From contig PGXT01000001.1 of assembly GCA_002839285.1 (NCBI GenBank), positions 6,573 through 70,572 on the forward strand: 64,000 nt of DNA. Direction: 5' to 3'. Every line of letters starts with the position of its first letter. Positions within the stretch are counted from its first letter, which is position 1. Of this stretch, positions 18,404 through 26,261 are shown one piece after another. The DNA comes from Spirochaetae bacterium HGW-Spirochaetae-5. GTDB taxonomy: Bacteria > Spirochaetota > UBA4802 > UBA5550. The notes beneath the pieces are model-generated. The model did no database searches. It saw only the letters and a list, made by a program, of their open reading frames with translations, and had not been told where the DNA came from. The position numbers were made by a program, and so were the translations under genes.

Positions 18404-19018
18404 TTAGTTCCCCCATTGTTCTGCCATTGCTTTAGATATACCAGGCGGGAAGAGACTTCTTTCTTTCCCTTTCCCTTTCCCTAATTTACCGAATTTAGAA
18501 TATTTACTTAATCCCGATTTTGTTTTTTTAGAATTATAAAATAGATATTCCGGTATAACTTCTGAAGAGGGAAATAACCCCCCCTCCGGAAACCAGTTTA
18601 AAAACGGTAAATTTTTAAGCCATAAACAAGTCTTCTTTGAATAATTATCTCCGAAAAAATAAGGCTGTATAATTTGATCAGGTTTTTTAAATTTTGTACT
18701 CAGAACACCGACCGGATTTTCAATTGCAATTTTAGGGATATTACAATCCCATAATTTTTTTACAAAAGAAATAGCTTCTTTTTGCTGTTCTATTTTGTTT
18801 TTAAAATGTGCTGCCCCTGAAACTGCTAAATGAGTACACGGAGGAAACGCGATCATCATATCCCATTTATCATTTATTATATCCATGACATCGCCCTGGT
18901 AATGTAAACCAGGCTTTTCTGTTGGTAATAAATCACATGATAAAACATAATGACCAAGTTTTTTAAATTCATCTCTGACGGCTCCGGAATATTCACATGC
19001 AACCAGTATCCGCATCAA
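18404..19018 (-). CDS. miniature DNA (cytosine-5)-methyltransferase-like protein (204 aa) with a divergent motif I and almost no target-recognition domain
   Basis: Collinear C5-MTase motifs: motif I variant ILVACEYSGAVRDEF in place of LFxGxGG; motif IV FPPCTHLAVSGA (PC catalytic dipeptide); motif VI IAIENPVGVL (ENV); motif VIII-like YSKKTCLWL; C-terminal QWGN (motif X-like, compare QFGNSV). Confidence 0.5.
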   Translation of the reverse strand: MMRILVACEYSGAVRDEFKKLGHYVLSCDLLPTEKPGLHYQGDVMDIINDKWDMMIAFPPCTHLAVSGAAHFKNKIEQQKEAISFVKKLWDCNIPKIAIENPVGVLSTKFKKPDQIIQPYFFGDNYSKKTCLWLKNLPFLNWFPEGGLFPSSEVIPEYLFYNSKKTKSGLSKYSKFGKLGKGKGKERSLFPPGISKAMAEQWGN

Positions 19019-19290
19019 GCCCCCCTCTGAACGTCAATGTCTTTTGTCAGTGTGTTATATATTTCTCTAATCTCCGCGGGCGTCTTTACAGCTTTATTTT
19101 CAACGTGTAAAGCACTGTCATTTTTTAACATTCCTTCCCCTTCAACGTCTATAAAATCTATACCGTCAAATTTTGAGACAGTAAACTGAAAAGGAATTTC
19201 ATCAATCCGCTTTTTCTCTACGCCTTTTTTTATTAAATATACTTGTATCGCTATTTCAAATTCTTTAACAGTCCCTATAAAACAGATCAT
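19015..19290 (-). CDS. hypothetical protein (91 aa)
   Basis: ORF between the Rep and MTase-like genes with 4-nt overlaps at both ends. Confidence 0.35.
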   Translation of the reverse strand: MICFIGTVKEFEIAIQVYLIKKGVEKKRIDEIPFQFTVSKFDGIDFIDVEGEGMLKNDSALHVENKAVKTPAEIREIYNTLTKDIDVQRGA

Positions 19291-20372
19291 TATTTTTTAT
19301 CCTCCGGTTTTTTATATAATTCGACGTCTTGAATATCCGCGCCGTTGTATTGGTTTCCCCTGAAAAGTTGATTTTTAACGCCGTCCGACAGTACCCGGAA
19401 GCTCTTGACGACATCAGAGTCGTCAAGCTCCGGGAATCGGAAGGTTTTAACAGCTTCATAGCTCCAGAAATGTGTTAGTTCCCGTTTATGTTTAAGCAAG
19501 TGTGCTTCTTCTATAACAAGGGAGAAGAAGCACCGATCTCGACAATCCCCGCAAAATCCATCGTAACCGCTCGGACAGTCGACAGGGCTTGTTTGCACTT
19601 CCCCGACAACCCCCCGAGTCCTTCCACTGGAATATCCTCTGGATGCTCTAAACGCTTTTTTGTTGTGTTTGATAAGTGAATATAAACCGATTATTTTTTT
19701 AAGTTCTTCATCGGTAAGAGCTGCTCCGGCCTTCGCTTTTTGATAAATTGCCTTAACCCCGTTGAAACCTTTGGCCACATATTTAAAAATGTAATAGCTT
19801 GCCCGTGTACTGTAGCAAGCCTCTACACTGGTTATATGTTTCCATTTGCTGTTAATACGGTCTTTTAATTCAGGGTCTGCAATCTCTGCGAATGGCTTTG
19901 TCTTTTTTGTGTATTTGTTATATCTTCTACGCATAACAAATTTAACGGGGTTTTTGAGAGTGATTAAAATGTGAGCATGTGCAACGCCTTTTTTCGTTGC
20001 TTCAAGCGTAACAATATAATCGGTCATCTCGATATAACTGTCACGCCTGAGAGCATCAAAAAAATATTTTGAATCTTTCCCGAATTGCTCCCAGCTCTCA
20101 AAAGTGTCGGGATAAGTCAAGACAACATGAATTAAATTTGACATTGAGTTCTCAGTGTCAATATTTGTTTTAGCTTCAAGCATCTTTTCAATCTTCCAGA
20201 CTCGACCAGATACCCGGCTATCATGTGCAACATTACCCCGGCGCGGAGCAAGCCCGACAAATTCATTATTAAATTCTATGTAAAACTCCTTTTTGTAATG
20301 GAGATCAAAGAAATTAATGACTTCATAATCGAGATAATTTGTTGCTTTTTTTGCTTGACTTCTATCGCTCAA
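19290..20372 (-). CDS. rolling-circle replication initiator, HUH endonuclease superfamily I (phiX174 gpA / Microviridae VP4 / PM2 P12-like), with C-terminal Cys cluster
   Basis: Motif 1 VVLTYPDT, motif 2 HAHILITL (HUH), motif 3 YYIFKYVAKG (two catalytic Tyr spaced as in phiX174 YVAKYVNK). C-terminal CPSGYDGFCGDCRDRC resembles a zinc ribbon. Confidence 0.8.
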   Translation of the reverse strand: MSDRSQAKKATNYLDYEVINFFDLHYKKEFYIEFNNEFVGLAPRRGNVAHDSRVSGRVWKIEKMLEAKTNIDTENSMSNLIHVVLTYPDTFESWEQFGKDSKYFFDALRRDSYIEMTDYIVTLEATKKGVAHAHILITLKNPVKFVMRRRYNKYTKKTKPFAEIADPELKDRINSKWKHITSVEACYSTRASYYIFKYVAKGFNGVKAIYQKAKAGAALTDEELKKIIGLYSLIKHNKKAFRASRGYSSGRTRGVVGEVQTSPVDCPSGYDGFCGDCRDRCFFSLVIEEAHLLKHKRELTHFWSYEAVKTFRFPELDDSDVVKSFRVLSDGVKNQLFRGNQYNGADIQDVELYKKPEDKK

Positions 20373-20456
20373 TTCGGTAGTTTCCTTTTAATTGAATACA
20401 ACAAACCCGCCCCAAATAACGGGTTTTGTTTTCGGTAATTATTAAGAAATGACATT

Positions 20457-20468
20457 TTAAAACGGGAT
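20457..20468. repeat. 12-bp direct repeat TTAAAACGGGAT, right copy
   Basis: Identical to 9931..9942. Sits 85 bp upstream of the Rep start codon. Confidence 0.35.
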
Positions 20469-20485
20469 ATTCTCCCGCTTTTTTT

Positions 20486-20689
20486 TTATTTTGGTAATTT
20501 ACTTACGATGTCAGTCCATTTGATTTTACATTCTTCTCTCGTACCGGAGATAAAAACCTGCTGAACTATCCCCTCTAGTTGAATTGTAAAAAATGAACCA
20601 GTGTTGTCTTTTTTGTCTGTGATTGCAGACATAAAAATGATTTTAGCGGGATTGAAAACCCCATTTTCAGTGACTATAAGATTTGACAT
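20486..20689 (-). CDS. hypothetical small protein (67 aa)
   Basis: ORF between the element and ispF. No motif. Confidence 0.25.
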   Translation of the reverse strand: MSNLIVTENGVFNPAKIIFMSAITDKKDNTGSFFTIQLEGIVQQVFISGTREECKIKWTDIVSKLPK

Positions 20690-20845
20690 TTGAGACCTCT
20701 TTTTATTTTTTTTATTTTAACCTCTCGGAAGAGTGGTTAATCTTTTTTATTTTGCCGGGAGAGTTTTACTACCTCCCCCGGCAAGTTTGCCCTTTTCCCA
20801 CTGTACACGCCCCCCAGCCTGCACAGTGATAAAGGGGCAAGCCCT

Positions 20846-21019
20846 TTATTTTATTTCCTGAAGGTAATTATGAATGCTACGGATTTTTGCGTCACAGTTT
20901 AAATAAATTTCATCATTTCCAGGATTAAGAGTTGAGCAGGCTTTCAGCTCATCAATTACGACCTGTAATGATTTTTCTATTTTTTCGATCTGCTTGATAA
21001 CGTCGGAGGTGTTTGACAT
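20846..21019 (-). CDS. small protein (57 aa, MSNTSDVIKQIEKIEKSLQVVIDELKACSTLNPGNDEIYLNCDAKIRSIHNYLQEIK) downstream of ispF
   Basis: Hand-translated ORF; under 60 aa so missing from the track. Good AGGAG Shine-Dalgarno 6 nt upstream of the ATG. Confidence 0.35.
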   Translation of the reverse strand: MSNTSDVIKQIEKIEKSLQVVIDELKACSTLNPGNDEIYLNCDAKIRSIHNYLQEIK

Positions 21020-21107
21020 GGTAAACTCCTTTTAATATTAAAATTAATTTGCTTAATATTTAATAGAAAAAAGCTATTAGAATAAGATATATTATGTCTC
21101 CGCTGTA

Positions 21108-21614
21108 TTAGTTAAGACACAGAGCAGGATCAAAATAAAGAAGTGAAACAGTGTAGACAGCTATCCCCTCACCACGGCCGGTGAATCCGAGTTTTTCAGT
21201 AGTTTTACCTTTAATACCGATAGCAGCCGGTAAGAGTAAGCCATCCATTGCATCAGATATACTCTTTTTCATTTCAGTTATGTACGGGGAGATTTTAGGA
21301 TTATCACATATTACAACTGAATCGGTATTTATAACAGAAAAACCGTTGTTTATAAGTTTTTTATGAACCTCTTTTAAAAGCATCAGACTGCTGATATCTT
21401 TATATGCAGGATCGGTGTCGGGAAATAATTGTCCGATATCACCGATATTGGCAGGACTTAAAAAAGAATCTATAATTGAATGAACTAGAACATCCGCATC
21501 GGAGTGCCCCTGGAGACCCAGATGATGATCGATTTTTACTCCACCCAGAATAAGATCACGTCCATGAACCAGTGCATGAACATCAAATCCGTTTCCTATC
21601 CTGTAGTTTATCAT
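21108..21614 (-). CDS. ispF: 2-C-methyl-D-erythritol 2,4-cyclodiphosphate synthase
   Basis: Conserved GNGFDVHAL and HSDADVLVHS motifs. 168 aa. Confidence 0.9.
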   Translation of the reverse strand: MINYRIGNGFDVHALVHGRDLILGGVKIDHHLGLQGHSDADVLVHSIIDSFLSPANIGDIGQLFPDTDPAYKDISSLMLLKEVHKKLINNGFSVINTDSVVICDNPKISPYITEMKKSISDAMDGLLLPAAIGIKGKTTEKLGFTGRGEGIAVYTVSLLYFDPALCLN

Positions 21615-21620
21615 AGAGAA

Positions 21621-21932
21621 TTAGAGATTAAACACATCAGAAAGAGAGCTTAACTTTAATACGTTGAGAACTTTAGAACTTACTTTCTCAATAATAAGTT
21701 CCTTTTCTTTTTTCTTTTGAAGCTTTAAAAGACTTATGAGAACTCCAACACCCGAAGAGTCAATATAATCAACTTCTGAAAGATCAATTTCAATATCTTT
21801 ATCGGTATTCTGACCAATCTCAAAAAGTTTCTGTTTAAAAGTTTTTATAGACATCATTTCAATGTCTCCGTGAACTTTCAAAAAAACAGAGTTATCACGT
21901 TCCTGAACATCTATTTCCATAATTTCATCCAA
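21621..21932 (-). CDS. STAS-domain anti-sigma-factor antagonist
   Basis: 103 aa with DYIDSSGVGVLISL, the SpoIIAA-type phosphorylatable serine region. Confidence 0.65.
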   Translation of the reverse strand: MDEIMEIDVQERDNSVFLKVHGDIEMMSIKTFKQKLFEIGQNTDKDIEIDLSEVDYIDSSGVGVLISLLKLQKKKEKELIIEKVSSKVLNVLKLSSLSDVFNL

Positions 21933-22030
21933 TTAATACGATATCTGATTTATAGTAACAATAATAAGCAATAAGTCAAATTAATTTTTAATCCGTTTTA
22001 TTAAAAATCAATGGCAGCAGTTTATTTTCA

Positions 22031-22055
22031 GGCGTATGCGGAGCATAAGCCCCCC
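22031..22055. repeat. family-1 palindromic repeat, short copy (GCGTATGC-GGA-GCATAAGC plus C-run)
   Basis: Matches hairpin module C of the family at 47726, 58262 and 63243. Confidence 0.5.
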
Positions 22056-22077
22056 ATAAAATAATTTGCTACCAAAA

Positions 22078-23307
22078 TCAATGAGAAAAATCTATATCTA
22101 TCAAAATCATTCTGGGATAAACTTTACCAAGATATTCGTTGTTTTCAAGTTTAAAAATCATATCCAGATTTTTTTTTGTTTTATAGAATATACTCATTTT
22201 TTCGAACATATTCCATCCTATCGCCTGAATATTTCCGTTTAACTGATACTTGCCATGAGCTCCTGAGCTTCCGAAAGTATTAAAACTCTCAATTTTAACA
22301 TTTTTTACAGCGAAAACAGGTTCTTCATTACTTTTCCCGAAAGGTTCAAGTATAAATATACTCTTTATAAAATTTGAGCTGATATCATTTATTTCGATAA
22401 CAGAGTCCACATGAATTGTCATTTCAGGAATAAAATCATCTGAAATGGCGTTATTTATTACGGAGGCTATCTGGTTAATTCTGCCAATTTCAGCGGTAAA
22501 ACCGAATGCCTGGGCATGTCCCCCTACTCTTTCAAACAAATGAGAAGCGCCGGCAGTATACTTGAAAAAATCGAAATTCCCGGAACTCCTGGCCGAACCT
22601 TTCACTATTCCGTTTTTGTCAGAACCGGTAGCAATTATAACCGGTTTTTTTATATCATCGGCAATACGGTTTGCAATCAACCCGGCTAGACCATCAATAA
22701 TCTCTTCATGCATATAGAAAAAAATATTATCATTAATTATCGCCCTGGAATAATCCTCACTGATCTTTTCAATGATATCATTAACCATTTTTTTTCTATC
22801 TTCATTTATCTTCTGTATTGAATTAACTATCTCAGCGGTCCTGTCTGCACTATCTTCAAGGAAAAAATCAACAGTCATACCGGATTCACCCATACGGCCC
22901 GGAGCATTTAAAAGCGGAGCGATGTTCCAGCTGATATATTTAGAAGTCGCCTTATTTTTCCCTGTTAATGATAAAATCCCCCTGTGGCCCCTGCCGTTAT
23001 TTATCATGGAAAGGCCATACTTTACCAGCTGTCTGTTCTCGCCATGAAGGGGCATAATATCTGCAATGGTACCGATGGTAACAAGTACAACATACTCCTG
23101 AAGTACTGCCATGATTTTCGATGAACTTCTGAGCTGAAGTTCTATAAATAATTTTAAATAAAGTTTAAACTCACTTTTAGAATTATACGCATTTATTCTG
23201 AATTCCCTAGAAAGAATATCCAGCATGGTTTTGTTATTTTCAAAATTTTTATCAGAAACAGATTCCGCAATTTTTTTAAAATCTGTTATAACTATTCCAT
23301 TATGCAT
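22078..23307 (-). CDS. recJ: single-stranded-DNA exonuclease RecJ, C-terminal portion (DHHA1 domain), in a different frame from the N-terminal portion
   Basis: GGHAQAFGF (the GGGH motif of DHHA1). This frame stays open upstream as far as 23382, overlapping the end of the N-terminal ORF. Confidence 0.65.
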   Translation of the reverse strand: MHNGIVITDFKKIAESVSDKNFENNKTMLDILSREFRINAYNSKSEFKLYLKLFIELQLRSSSKIMAVLQEYVVLVTIGTIADIMPLHGENRQLVKYGLSMINNGRGHRGILSLTGKNKATSKYISWNIAPLLNAPGRMGESGMTVDFFLEDSADRTAEIVNSIQKINEDRKKMVNDIIEKISEDYSRAIINDNIFFYMHEEIIDGLAGLIANRIADDIKKPVIIATGSDKNGIVKGSARSSGNFDFFKYTAGASHLFERVGGHAQAFGFTAEIGRINQIASVINNAISDDFIPEMTIHVDSVIEINDISSNFIKSIFILEPFGKSNEEPVFAVKNVKIESFNTFGSSGAHGKYQLNGNIQAIGWNMFEKMSIFYKTKKNLDMIFKLENNEYLGKVYPRMILIDIDFSH

Positions 23308-23366
23308 AGATTTAATTATTGACGCAAGGGTAAGACTCTCGCTGTTAAGCAGAACAATATAATCAG

Positions 23367-24047
23367 CTAAGATAAACCTTCTTTATAAACCAGTATAAAA
23401 TACCGGTTAAAACCGGAAGTGTAACTATATAAAAAAGCCTGCACAAATTTAAAAGCAACCCCGACCCCTGCAAGTTCTTTAAAGGGATAGAGACATTTAT
23501 GCTGCTTAGGATTTATAATTATTGCATCGGGTAGAATTGTATCAGGTTCATGATGATCTGTTACTATAAAATCGATCCCGTTTTCTCTGCCGTAATTTAT
23601 CTCTTCAGTATCCCGGATTCCTGAATCCACTGTTATAACAAGGGTTATTTTTTCCTTTATAAACTCATCTATTATGTCACATGTAAGGCCGTAACTCTCT
23701 TTTGCTTTAGGATAACGGATAAGGGGAATACATCCCGCCTTACAAAGAACACTGTGTATTAATGTTAAAGATGTTATACCATCGAGATCGGAATCTCCGA
23801 AGACTGCTACTTTTTCTGCAGTCAGAATTGCTGTTTTTAATCTGCCGATACCTTCATAAATACCATGTAATAAAAACGGGCTGTGGAGACTATTAAGTTC
23901 AGGGAAAATAAAATCCAGTATCTCCTCTTCCTGAGTCATCCCTCTGGATTGAAGAATCGAAATAATAATTTTATCAATACCCGTACTGGCAGATATGGAA
24001 GCAATCTTATGCAGATCCGGATCCGGTATAATCCATTCAGGTTTCAT
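23367..24047 (-). CDS. recJ: RecJ N-terminal portion (DHH phosphoesterase domain), ending at a frameshift-type junction
   Basis: DHH motifs AVFGDSDLDGITS, ITVDSGI and IVTDHHEP. The ORF terminates about 60 nt before the next ORF starts, and the two frames overlap. Confidence 0.65.
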   Translation of the reverse strand: MKPEWIIPDPDLHKIASISASTGIDKIIISILQSRGMTQEEEILDFIFPELNSLHSPFLLHGIYEGIGRLKTAILTAEKVAVFGDSDLDGITSLTLIHSVLCKAGCIPLIRYPKAKESYGLTCDIIDEFIKEKITLVITVDSGIRDTEEINYGRENGIDFIVTDHHEPDTILPDAIIINPKQHKCLYPFKELAGVGVAFKFVQAFLYSYTSGFNRYFILVYKEGLS

Positions 24048-24733
24048 TATCTGCTTCTATCCTGAACCTTTTCAGATGCTTTTTTTGCAAGAAACACGGC
24101 TTTATCATTTGAACTTTTAACTATATGTTCTACTTTGAATTTCTGAATTTTCATTATAAGAGATGAAGCCTCTTTGATAAATTTTAAAATATCGGAATCT
24201 TTTGTTTTAAACTCAGAAACAAGCTGCCTTACTATAGCTTCAGAATCAGTTCTTATTTTAAGTTCACTTACCTGAAAGTATAATGCAAGTTTAAGTGCTC
24301 TTAGAAATGAAATATGCTCTGCTGATGGACCTGTTCTTTTACCTATATAATCTGATACTTTGCCGACCTGGCGGTCCTCCTGATCGAAAATAATAATACC
24401 TATTCCGGCATGTCCGGGATTACCATTTGAAACAGCTCCAACATTCATGGTGAGAGGTGTATTAACCGGTATAGCAGCAAGCTCGGCACCATTTAAAATC
24501 TCTTTAATATAGATCTGATCTGGACTTGAGCTATTAGCGCTATTTTCAGTACTCTTTTTTTTAATGATTACTTTACGTTTCGAAAATGTCTTCTCATGTT
24601 TGGATAGGAGCACGCGTGCTTCTTCAATAAGTACTGCAACATCTGCAGCATCACAGTCGGCAAGCTCAGCTATTTTTTCAATATTCTTTCCTTCAGCGAT
24701 AAGCTGTAATACACGGTCAATGCTTAAAAGCAT
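24047..24733 (-). CDS. RNase H-like domain protein with N-terminal HTH
   Basis: SNGNPGHAGIGIII matches the (R)GNPGPAGxG start of RVT_3-type RNase H-like domains. The N-terminal 40 aa look like a helix-turn-helix. Confidence 0.55.
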   Translation of the reverse strand: MLLSIDRVLQLIAEGKNIEKIAELADCDAADVAVLIEEARVLLSKHEKTFSKRKVIIKKKSTENSANSSSPDQIYIKEILNGAELAAIPVNTPLTMNVGAVSNGNPGHAGIGIIIFDQEDRQVGKVSDYIGKRTGPSAEHISFLRALKLALYFQVSELKIRTDSEAIVRQLVSEFKTKDSDILKFIKEASSLIMKIQKFKVEHIVKSSNDKAVFLAKKASEKVQDRSR

Positions 24734-24758
24734 GTTATTTTACTCTCCAGTTTATGAT

Positions 24759-25454
24759 TCAGTAGATAAAGCGTCCGCAGTTCGTGCAGGTTTCAATACT
24801 TCTCCCGGTTGAAGCGGATAATGTTATGGATGACGGAATCTGAAAATTACATCGGCTGCAGATCTCTCCGTTTAGATGTGCTATTGCAACTCCATCTTTA
24901 GAACTAATCAGTTTTGAAAACCTTGATCTGATCTGCGGATCAAGCGAAATAAGAAGTTCATTAAATTTATTTTTAAAACTTTCAGATTCTTTCTGGTTAT
25001 CGGTAATTTTTTTGTTGAGTGCCTCAATGTCTGTCTTTGTCTGTATCTCTGATTCGGATAATTGAGTCTTCAATTCAACCAATTTATCCTCTGAAGTCTC
25101 AAGCTTTTCAAGAAGATCTAAAACAACTCCTTCAAGTTTTTCTTTACTTTCATTTAAAACTATCAGTTCATTATTCTGAGCTTCAATTTCTCTTTCAGAT
25201 TTTAACTGATTCTTTCTCTCTTCAACTTTTTTTATTTTACTGTCGATCTCATCGAGGTCAAGTTCGTTCTTCTTCAAATTCATTTTTAAAGCTTTTATTT
25301 CAGACTCTAGTGTTGAAACTTTTAAAGAAATTTCTTTTAATCGGGTATCCCATGTTTTTATAGATTTCCTGCACCTCTCGGTTTCTGAATCGCACTTTAG
25401 TACGTTATCCCAGAAATGCTGAAGTTCTACCATTATACTTATTTCATTTTTCAT
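24759..25454 (-). CDS. zinc-ribbon and coiled-coil protein (COG1579-like)
   Basis: Long coiled coil followed by a C-terminal CSRCNFQIPSS...CTNCGRFIY zinc ribbon. This family is typically adjacent to NIF3. Confidence 0.6.
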   Translation of the reverse strand: MKNEISIMVELQHFWDNVLKCDSETERCRKSIKTWDTRLKEISLKVSTLESEIKALKMNLKKNELDLDEIDSKIKKVEERKNQLKSEREIEAQNNELIVLNESKEKLEGVVLDLLEKLETSEDKLVELKTQLSESEIQTKTDIEALNKKITDNQKESESFKNKFNELLISLDPQIRSRFSKLISSKDGVAIAHLNGEICSRCNFQIPSSITLSASTGRSIETCTNCGRFIY

Positions 25455-25455
25455 T

Positions 25456-26250
25456 TTATTTATATACTTTAAATGGATTTTTCTCTACATCTGATATTAC
25501 AATAGGAACCTTTTCATCATATAAAACATCGCCTGCAGATTCAGCAAGCAACTTTTTAAAAATATATTCTGTCCCGTAATGTCCGGCATCAATAACAGCC
25601 GCACCGCTGTCTATTGCATATTTAACATGATGATAACCCACATCACCTGTTATAATACAATCGGGATTATGAATTCCGATTATTTTTTCAATAGATCCGC
25701 CGCCGGACCCATTTATTAGTGCAATAGACCGGATTAAGCGATCTTCGTCTCCGGAATAAATAAGATAATCAAGATTAAGCCTTTCCCTGGTAGAAGAGAG
25801 AACTTCACTAAACCGTTTATTATTTTCAAGTACCACGAATGAACCGAAACCGGTTGCAATATTATCAACATCTTCAGCTTTAATCAATGGGATGCAATCT
25901 TCATAGCCAAGATGATTTGAAAGTGCTTTATACATAATTCTATCAAAATTAGTATGCATAGAATATAACGAGATCTTTGTAGAAATCATTTCGATTACTA
26001 TTTCAGATCTGGACTCAGATGAAATAATTTTTTTCACTGGTCTGAAAATTAGAGGATGATGACTGATAATTAAATTACATTTTTTTTTCACAGCGTCTTT
26101 GACGGTATTTATATCCGCATCTAAGCAGATATAAATACCGCTTAAAATCTCATCATCAAATAATATCTGCACGCCGGTATTATCATAAGTTTCCTGAATA
26201 TACTCAGGAAACTTATGATTTAGTCTTTTTATTATTTCATTAATTTTCAT
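25456..26250 (-). CDS. NIF3-family dinuclear metal-centre protein (YqfO/YbgI-like)
   Basis: IISHHPLIFRP motif and 264 aa length typical of NIF3. Confidence 0.7.
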   Translation of the reverse strand: MKINEIIKRLNHKFPEYIQETYDNTGVQILFDDEILSGIYICLDADINTVKDAVKKKCNLIISHHPLIFRPVKKIISSESRSEIVIEMISTKISLYSMHTNFDRIMYKALSNHLGYEDCIPLIKAEDVDNIATGFGSFVVLENNKRFSEVLSSTRERLNLDYLIYSGDEDRLIRSIALINGSGGGSIEKIIGIHNPDCIITGDVGYHHVKYAIDSGAAVIDAGHYGTEYIFKKLLAESAGDVLYDEKVPIVISDVEKNPFKVYK

Positions 26251-26261
26251 TTTCTACTCTT

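Larger units (their letters stand above)
9943..20456. mobile_element. integrated ~10.5 kb rolling-circle-Rep phage-like element (candidate small membrane-containing or novel ssDNA/dsDNA provirus) inserted between gcvH and ispF
   Basis: 21 contiguous minus-strand genes plus one plus-strand gene, bracketed by a 12-bp direct repeat. Encodes an HUH Rep, a mini C5-MTase-like protein, a basic 53-aa protein, many small TM proteins, M23 and M15 peptidases and a u-spanin-like lipoprotein. Two intrinsic terminators divide it into an early and a late transcription unit. Flanking genes are core metabolism. Confidence 0.6.

Noticed and set aside
9943-20456. Microviridae (gokushovirus-type) provirus, because of the phiX-like Rep
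   Set aside because: No ORF near the 500-650 aa expected for the VP1 major capsid protein, and the block is twice microvirus size. The gene content (M15/M23 lysins, u-spanin, many TM proteins) does not match microvirus genomes.
9943-20456. Filamentous (Inoviridae-like) prophage
   Set aside because: No Zot-like pI assembly ATPase with a proper Walker A and no secretin. The presence of a peptidoglycan-hydrolase/spanin lysis cassette argues against a non-lytic filamentous phage.
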